DNA of 64,000 nucleotides from a virus: the IMG/VR virus record IMGVR_UViG_3300031999_000009, positions 19,274 to 83,273 of that record; one strand, 5' to 3'. This document shows positions 58,193-64,000 of the stretch, piece by piece; within the stretch, counting starts at the first letter, position 1, and each line of letters begins with the position of its first letter. Position numbers and translations under genes: made by a program. The notes under the pieces are model-generated. The model did no database searches. It saw only the letters and a list, made by a program, of their open reading frames with translations, and was not told the DNA's origin.

Positions 58193-60358
58193 ATGGGCGT
58201 AGCGCTCGATCGAATCCTCAGCAAGTTGAACGGCGTCAAGCCTATCTCCGGCGGATGGGTGGCTCGCTGTCCTGCTCACGAAGACCACGTGCAAAGCCTC
58301 CAAGTATCCGAGCGTTCGGATCTCAGTGTGGGCTTACATTGCCACGCCGGGTGCGCCAAGGACTCCATCACTGGCGCCATCGGCCTGTCGTTCGGCGATC
58401 TCTTCGAACCCAAGGACGACGACGACAAGCAGATCGTCTCGGTCTTCGATTACCGATCGTTCGACGGAAAATTGCTCTACCAGTCCGTGCGGTTCTATCC
58501 GAAGGAGTTCAGGCAGCGGCAGCCGCAAGGGTCCGACTGGACTTGGAGCATGGCCTCGCTGAAAGGGCAGCATGTGCCCTACCGCTGGCCGGAACTGAAG
58601 GGCCACAACGTCGTCGTCGTCGTTGAAGGCGAGAAGGACGTTGACCGCCTGTGGGCGCTGGGGATCGCCGCAACGACCAATATCGGCGGCGCCAAGAAGT
58701 GGAGCACGAACGAGACGAAGTGTCTCACGCAAGCCGGCGTCAGCCGCATCATCATCCTGCCAGACAACGACGAGGCCGGAGCCGCCCACGCGGTCATCGT
58801 GGCGAAGTCTGTCAAGGCGGCCGGGATTGCGGTGAGCGTCATCGCCCTGCCTGACCTTCCTCCGCATGGTGACGTGAGCGATTGGTTGATGAACGGTGGC
58901 ACCAAGGAAGCGCTTCAAGACCTCTTGGCCGCCAAGCCTTACGTGTTGTCGCCGGGTCACGACCCGTCGCCGTTGCCCGCGTCGGTGATTCCTGACGACG
59001 AGCTCGACCTGACGCAATATCACCTGACAGACCTCGGTGCCGCTGAGACGCTCCGCGATCGGTTCAGCGACCGTCTCCGCTACGACCATCAACGTGAGCA
59101 ATGGTTGATGTGGGACGGACACTTCTGGGCGCCCGACTTGGACGAGGGTGCCTCGCGCGCGGCGAATGAGCACGTGCGCTTGCTGCAGCGTGACGCCTTG
59201 CGCATCCCTGACTACGTGCAGCGCAAGCAGTATCTCGACTTCGCCATGGGCCGTGAGAAGCGGGGCCCGCTTGTGGCGATGATGCAGCAGGCGTCTGCGT
59301 TGAAGCCGTTGGCGATCGTGGGCGACGCCTGGGATGCTGACGGCTGGACGCTCGGGTGTCCCAATGGCATCGTCGACCTTCGCACGGGTGCCTTGCGCGA
59401 TGGCGATCGGAGCGACTTCATCACCCTGCAGACCGGCGCACGCTATGAGCACGCCGATTGCCCGCGCTGGATGCAGTTCCTTGGGGAAATCTTCGACGGC
59501 AACCTGGACCTGATCGACTACATCTGGCGCGCTATCGGCTATTCCCTGACGGCGGACATGCGCGAGCAGTGCTTCTTCGTGATGTTCGGGTCGGGGTCCA
59601 ACGGGAAGAGTATTTTCATCGACGCGCTTGAGCACGTCTTCGGCACCTACGGGCACCGCGCCGACATGCGGATGTTCGCCGGCAATACCGCGGACGCGAG
59701 CAGCTTCCAGAATGCGGACTTCCGTGGCAAGCGGCTCGTGTTCGCCGCCGAGGTTCGCCCTGGCGCCCGCATGAACGAGCACATCCTGAAGCACTTCACG
59801 GGCGGCGAGACGCTCCGGGCCGAATACAAATACGGGCGCTCGTTCACCATCCGACCTGTGGGCAAGATTTGGTTGGGCGTCAACCACCGGCCGAAGGTGG
59901 CGGACGATTCCTTCGGCTTCTGGCGGCGCGTCCGCCTGGTGCCCTTCCTGCGGACCTTCACGGGCTCCTCAGAGGACCGTTCGCTTCGGGAGACGCTGAG
60001 GGCTGAGGCGCCGGGAATTCTATCCTGGGCGGTCCAGGGCGCCCTGGAATGGCAGCTCCGCGGCTTGGTCGCGCCAGCCATCGTTCAGGATGCGACCAAC
60101 GACTACCAGACAGGCGAAGACCCGTTGGCCGACTTCTTCGCCACGCGCACCAACGATGTTGAGGACAGCATCGTTCCGTTCGCCAAACTCTACGCTTCCT
60201 ACCGCGATTGGGCGACCAGTATGGGTATCTCAGACCGCGAGAAGCTGGCGGCCAAGGCATTCGTCAATTCGCTCCAGAGCCGGCCATATGAGCGTATCAA
60301 GCACAATAACGCCAATTGCTACAAGGGTTTAGAGTTAGTTTCGACTAATCTGTTTTAA
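58193..60358 (+). CDS. Primase-helicase (Zn finger + Toprim + D5/SF3 helicase)
   Basis: CPAHED...CHAGC; VEGEKD; PDND; GDVSDW; GSGSNGKS; NHRP...FWRR. Confidence 0.93.
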   Translation: MGVALDRILSKLNGVKPISGGWVARCPAHEDHVQSLQVSERSDLSVGLHCHAGCAKDSITGAIGLSFGDLFEPKDDDDKQIVSVFDYRSFDGKLLYQSVRFYPKEFRQRQPQGSDWTWSMASLKGQHVPYRWPELKGHNVVVVVEGEKDVDRLWALGIAATTNIGGAKKWSTNETKCLTQAGVSRIIILPDNDEAGAAHAVIVAKSVKAAGIAVSVIALPDLPPHGDVSDWLMNGGTKEALQDLLAAKPYVLSPGHDPSPLPASVIPDDELDLTQYHLTDLGAAETLRDRFSDRLRYDHQREQWLMWDGHFWAPDLDEGASRAANEHVRLLQRDALRIPDYVQRKQYLDFAMGREKRGPLVAMMQQASALKPLAIVGDAWDADGWTLGCPNGIVDLRTGALRDGDRSDFITLQTGARYEHADCPRWMQFLGEIFDGNLDLIDYIWRAIGYSLTADMREQCFFVMFGSGSNGKSIFIDALEHVFGTYGHRADMRMFAGNTADASSFQNADFRGKRLVFAAEVRPGARMNEHILKHFTGGETLRAEYKYGRSFTIRPVGKIWLGVNHRPKVADDSFGFWRRVRLVPFLRTFTGSSEDRSLRETLRAEAPGILSWAVQGALEWQLRGLVAPAIVQDATNDYQTGEDPLADFFATRTNDVEDSIVPFAKLYASYRDWATSMGISDREKLAAKAFVNSLQSRPYERIKHNNANCYKGLELVSTNLF

Positions 60359-60500
60359 TTGCGTTTAACTCACAACAATAGTGACCAATGACGTAACGGC
60401 AGTTTGGCGGAGATTTTCTATACTCTTCTCTCATAGAGACTTTCTAGAAAGAGTAGATATGTTATTATTCTCAGTTCCTGGACTTGGTCCAAGGAGGCCC

Positions 60501-60516
60501 ATACCGCCGGCGGTAT
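60501..60516. repeat. Perfect 16-bp palindrome, copy 4
   Basis: ATACCGCCGGCGGTAT; flanking bases inverted relative to the other copies. Confidence 0.9.
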
Positions 60517-60531
60517 CGACTGGAGGTGCCG

Positions 60532-60936
60532 ATGTCTGCGCACGATTGGGAGCGGGAAGAGTGGAAATGCGAGGCCGTCCGATGCCGTCACATCGCGGTG
60601 CCGGACGTCGGGGAATCAGAACGCGTGCTGGTCGCGGACGTGTTGGCTAGGAAGGCGTGGTTTCCGGTGGCCGGCCTGTTCATCCTTCGGGATGGAGATG
60701 CCGTGCAGTATGTGGGACTGGCGTCAAACCCCTTGCGGCTTCGGCTGACGGTGGCGATCTCGTCTGGCAAGACGTGGACGAAGGCCGATTACCGCACATG
60801 GACCGTGACGTTGCAGCGCGCCCCTTCAGATTATCCAGACGACCTCGCGCTAGAACGGCGGATCATCGCCGAGCACGCGCCACCGTTCAATGTTCTTGGG
60901 CGTCCACGGCGCGAAATGCGCGCCATCGTGCAGTGA
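60532..60936 (+). CDS. GIY-YIG-like nuclease
   Basis: GLF.L.....YVG....LR.RL...LE..II....PPFN. Confidence 0.6.
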   Translation: MSAHDWEREEWKCEAVRCRHIAVPDVGESERVLVADVLARKAWFPVAGLFILRDGDAVQYVGLASNPLRLRLTVAISSGKTWTKADYRTWTVTLQRAPSDYPDDLALERRIIAEHAPPFNVLGRPRREMRAIVQ

Positions 60937-60990
60937 ACCAATAACTCAGGGTAAGATTCACCGCGCGCAATATTTGAGGAGGCGGCGACG

Positions 60991-61215
60991 ATGGCAACGC
61001 TCAAGGGCACGATCAAGTCACTGAAGAAGGCCGAGGGTTTCGGGTTTATTACCCACACTGCCACCGGCATCGACCATTTCTTCCACCGCACAGGACTCTT
61101 CAACCACCCGAACCCGCCGATTCCCTTCGCGGATTTGCGTGAAGAGCTGCCCGTGGAATTCGAGGCTGAGGAAGGCCCGAAAGGACTCCGCGCCGTCGAG
61201 GTTCGACCACTTTAA
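60991..61215 (+). CDS. Cold-shock domain protein
   Basis: GFGFI (RNP1), FFH (RNP2), GPKGLRA..V. Confidence 0.9.
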   Translation: MATLKGTIKSLKKAEGFGFITHTATGIDHFFHRTGLFNHPNPPIPFADLREELPVEFEAEEGPKGLRAVEVRPL

Positions 61216-61229
61216 CGACGGAGGCGGCG

Positions 61230-61463
61230 ATGGAAATCCGGCGGCTTTCCCCTCACGACATCGCTCAGCAACAGGCGGGATCTACGCGTATCGCGCCTGG
61301 AATTTGGATGGACGCCTCTGGCGGCGTGCACTTCAGTGTGCCCGAGTTGCTCGAGATGGTCGACCTCGAAGACAACGCGACGAACCGCGAAGCCGTGGTG
61401 CGCATCGCCACCGAGATCGCGCTCGCTCACAACCTGAAGGCCATCCGCCAGGAAGTGCAGTGA
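61230..61463 (+). CDS. Hypothetical protein
   Basis: GGAGG RBS; 77 aa. Confidence 0.5.
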   Translation: MEIRRLSPHDIAQQQAGSTRIAPGIWMDASGGVHFSVPELLEMVDLEDNATNREAVVRIATEIALAHNLKAIRQEVQ

Positions 61464-61622
61464 ATCCGCTTCCGCCCATGCCGACCCCTGCCGATTACGA
61501 GGCATGCGTGCTCGCCAACGCCGACAAGGAAAATCCTCACGCCTGGTGCGCGTGGGTGCAGGCGTCTCGCTGGATCGGCCTCGCCATGAAACTCTCAGAC
61601 GGTCCCCCACCGGAGCCTGCGA

Positions 61623-62090
61623 ATGATCTTCATCGGGGTTGACGTGGGCGCGGCCGGCGGTATCGCGTTGATTGACGCGACGGGATCAATGCTGCGCGCG
61701 GTGCACATGCCGGAGACGGACGTCGACATCCTGTCCGTGTTGGAACACGCCCGCGGGCTTGGATGGCATCATGGCGACCCGGAGGCGTCAGGCTGCCGCG
61801 CTGTGCTGGAGAAGGTGCACGCCTCGCCGCAAATGGGCGTGGTGTCGGCGTTCAGCTTCGGCGGCGCCTATCGGTCGGTGCGCATGGCGCTGGCCGCGAA
61901 GGAAATCCCATTCGACGAGGTGTCTCCGATGAAGTGGCAGCGTCGGATGGAGTGCCTATCCGGCGGCGACAAGAACGTGACGAAGGCCCGCGCGCAACAA
62001 CTCTTCCCCGGCGTGAAGGTGACGCACGCCATCGCCGATGCGTTGTTGCTGGCGGAGTTCTGTCGGCGCACCCAAATGGATCTCTCGTGA
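61623..62090 (+). CDS. RuvC-like Holliday junction resolvase
   Basis: IGVDVG..GGIA...LEKV...F.FG...P.KW...K...ADALLLA. Confidence 0.8.
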   Translation: MIFIGVDVGAAGGIALIDATGSMLRAVHMPETDVDILSVLEHARGLGWHHGDPEASGCRAVLEKVHASPQMGVVSAFSFGGAYRSVRMALAAKEIPFDEVSPMKWQRRMECLSGGDKNVTKARAQQLFPGVKVTHAIADALLLAEFCRRTQMDLS

Positions 62091-62096
62091 GGGACG

Positions 62097-62531
62097 ATGA
62101 GCAAGATCGCGCAGGAGATGCAGCGCCTCGCCGACGAAATTTTCAAGAGGAAGACCGCGCCCTCTCGGGAGGATCGCAAGGACGAGAAGAAAAAGTCCCA
62201 GACGGCAGTCATCACGTCGGTGCGCGCAGCAGTGTTCAAATTGGACAAGGCGTGCCTCTGCGGGAAATGCCAACCAGCGGAGACGGACGAGATGCACGAG
62301 GTGGTGCCGAGGTCCAAGACGCGCGGCCTGCCGCCGAACGTGCGGTTCAGCACTTCGAACTGCGTCCGTCTGAGCCGGCGCTGCCACGCGAAGGTGACGG
62401 GAGAGTTGGGACACGGGAAGCGGCTGACGATCACGTTCGCGGACCCCGTGGAGGGAGCCAACGGATTGGTGACGCTGATATGGAAGGACGGAAAGTCCAA
62501 GACGTATCGCCGCCTTCAGCCGGTGTCGTAA
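62097..62531 (+). CDS. Degenerate HNH/NinG-like protein
   Basis: CLCG...HE..PRS...N...L...CH. Confidence 0.5.
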   Translation: MSKIAQEMQRLADEIFKRKTAPSREDRKDEKKKSQTAVITSVRAAVFKLDKACLCGKCQPAETDEMHEVVPRSKTRGLPPNVRFSTSNCVRLSRRCHAKVTGELGHGKRLTITFADPVEGANGLVTLIWKDGKSKTYRRLQPVS

Positions 62532-62811
62532 CTGAACCGAAATGGAAGCGCGACCCGGCTGGCCGAAAGCTTGTGCGCGTCAACCGTCACTATTGGATAG
62601 ATCCGGGCACGAACTACCAGTTGGCGCACCTCGTGCCGAGTCCTATGCCGAAGGGCACCCATGAGGCCGACGCTGTCTGTGAAGCGCCGCCGAATAAGCC
62701 GCTTCTGTGGCCGCTTGTTGGGATCGGCGTTCCTGCGGTCCCGCTCAACCGCGCCTGCGCTCGGTGCCTCGATTTGATGCCAAAACATAGTGTCGTTATC
62801 TGAGGTCTGAC

Positions 62812-63426
62812 ATGGATGAATTTGACGAGACGGAAGCACCAGTTTGCACGCACGGTCCCTTTCTCCTGATGAAGACAGGCGCGCAGGTGCCCGACAATGT
62901 CGTGCCGTTCGACATCTGGCAAGCCGCGGTCGTGTGGTGCATGGAGGTCGAGAAGGCGTCACCGTTCTGGGTGGGCGACCTGCAGCTGTATGGCGAGCAC
63001 TACGGAGAAGACGCCTCACAGGTGTTGGACGGCACCGACTACGCGTTGCAGTCCATCCGCAACGCGCGCTACACCTGTAAGGCCATCCCGCCTGAGCGCC
63101 GCCGAGCTGACGTGCCGTTCTCGCACCACCAGGAGATCGCTTCGTTGCGCGTGCCTGGCACGGCGACGACGGAGAATCCAGGTGGCGTGCCCGATGTCCC
63201 TGCTCAGACGTTCTGGCTCGATAAGTGTGAACAGGAGAACCTGACGCGTGACCAGCTGCGCGTGCAGCTCAAGGCGGCGAAGGCGACGGCCGCCGGCCAG
63301 CAGGTCGAGCTGTGGCTGATGGTCAAGTGCTCCACGGTTGATGCTCAGGAAGAACTCGCCGATCGGTTGCGACTCGAAGGCTACAGCGTGAAGCTGCAGG
63401 CGAAAGACGTCCACGTCCACACATAG
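62812..63426 (+). CDS. Hypothetical DNA-binding protein (LmbU-like N-terminus)
   Basis: FWVGD...YGE.YGE...RR..VPFSHH.E.A. Confidence 0.55.
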   Translation: MDEFDETEAPVCTHGPFLLMKTGAQVPDNVVPFDIWQAAVVWCMEVEKASPFWVGDLQLYGEHYGEDASQVLDGTDYALQSIRNARYTCKAIPPERRRADVPFSHHQEIASLRVPGTATTENPGGVPDVPAQTFWLDKCEQENLTRDQLRVQLKAAKATAAGQQVELWLMVKCSTVDAQEELADRLRLEGYSVKLQAKDVHVHT

Positions 63427-63435
63427 GAGGTCACA

Positions 63436-63636
63436 ATGGCAAAGAAGTCGACCAAGCGGAACCCGCAAGACGCCACTCTTCGCAATACCAGGGCTGCGCT
63501 GAAGCGCCACCGTGAGCTGGCCTCGCGTGTCGTCACGCTGGAAACCCGTCTCGATGCACTGTTCGGTGCTGTGTGGGAAGGACGGAACCGCCTGGCGTTG
63601 GGGCTCAACGCGCCCCGTCGTCCCAGCGCAAAATAA
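63436..63636 (+). CDS. Small basic hypothetical protein
   Basis: AGGAGG RBS; 66 aa. Confidence 0.5.
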   Translation: MAKKSTKRNPQDATLRNTRAALKRHRELASRVVTLETRLDALFGAVWEGRNRLALGLNAPRRPSAK

Positions 63637-63669
63637 CTCATATTTCGGCAAAGAATTCCCGCATGGCGC

Positions 63670-63698
63670 TTGACTTCTGCGCCCTTTGATATTATCAT
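63670..63698 (+). promoter_or_regulatory. Early promoter P8
   Basis: TTGACT-N17-TATCAT (TGATATTATCA variant). Confidence 0.85.
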
Positions 63699-63750
63699 TG
63701 TTCTTGTAAGGTGATAGGCGCTTCCGATGACGGAAGGCCACTAGGAGGCA

Positions 63751-63960
63751 ATGATGGCTACGACGATGACGACGACGATGACGGCGACGATGACGGCGAC
63801 CCAGGACGAGGTTCAGGACGCCAACCGACGCATGCTGACGCAACTCCGGAAGTTCGGCGTTCCTGTTCAACCCTTCCCCGCGCGCACCCGCACCCCGATC
63901 ACGCTCCACTTCGGTGGGGCCGTCGGCGCCGTGCAGCTCACCGTATCGGAGGTCAAGTAA
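63751..63960 (+). CDS. Hypothetical protein with Met/Thr-repeat N-terminus
   Basis: AGGAGG RBS; ACG/ATG tandem codons. Confidence 0.5.
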   Translation: MMATTMTTTMTATMTATQDEVQDANRRMLTQLRKFGVPVQPFPARTRTPITLHFGGAVGAVQLTVSEVK

Positions 63961-64000
63961 TGAAATGGCTTGACGACGAAAGCAACGTCTGGAAATACCG

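Noticed and set aside
61650-61665. Fifth copy of the 16-bp palindrome (GCGGCCGGCGGTATCG)
   Set aside because: Only a partial match, and it lies inside the RuvC-like coding sequence (AAGGIA).
29005-63698. Repeated motifs as a CRISPR array
   Set aside because: The copies are kilobases apart, have promoter or operator architecture, and lack regular spacers.
421-63909. Many long minus-strand ORFs (e.g. 7786..8883, 40464..41861, 52124..53398, 58334..59887)
   Set aside because: They are shadows of GC-rich plus-strand genes, with no recognisable motifs, and they are fully overlapped by better-supported ORFs.
1-64000. Genome-wide TAG recoding
   Set aside because: Many genes end in TAG at natural C-termini (ssb DDIPF*, endolysin, thyX), and coding density is high with the standard code.

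Overview
This 64-kb window is part of a GC-rich, tailed dsDNA phage (siphovirus-like). All credible genes lie on the + strand. 1-25.5 kb is a neck/tail module: tail tube, +1-frameshift chaperone, 1409-aa tape measure protein, distal tail protein, and a baseplate-hub gene apparently split into one N-terminal ORF plus three paralogous C-terminal ORFs, each with different putative adhesin domains. 25.6-28.6 kb is a lysis/secreted-protein cassette with a GH108 endolysin. 29-64 kb is an early/replication region with eight near-identical sigma70-type promoters (TTGACT-N17-TATCAT), encoding SSB, SWIM-primpol, SWIM-ligase, Ku, an SF2 helicase, recombination proteins, ThyX, a Toprim-D5 primase-helicase and a RuvC-like resolvase. 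The most unusual observations are: (i) an AAA+ ATPase whose Walker B segment precedes Walker A; (ii) five unrelated proteins, plus loosely the ATPase, ending in a shared tag R-x-I-x-[FL]-[DE]-[DE]; (iii) a DUF1257/DUF2997/DUF3150-like module; (iv) two chromosome-type parS sites; (v) four copies of a perfect 16-bp palindrome; (vi) several structured non-coding stretches. No integrase, capsid, terminase, tRNA or CRISPR array was seen. Family assignments come from motif recognition by eye, not database searches.
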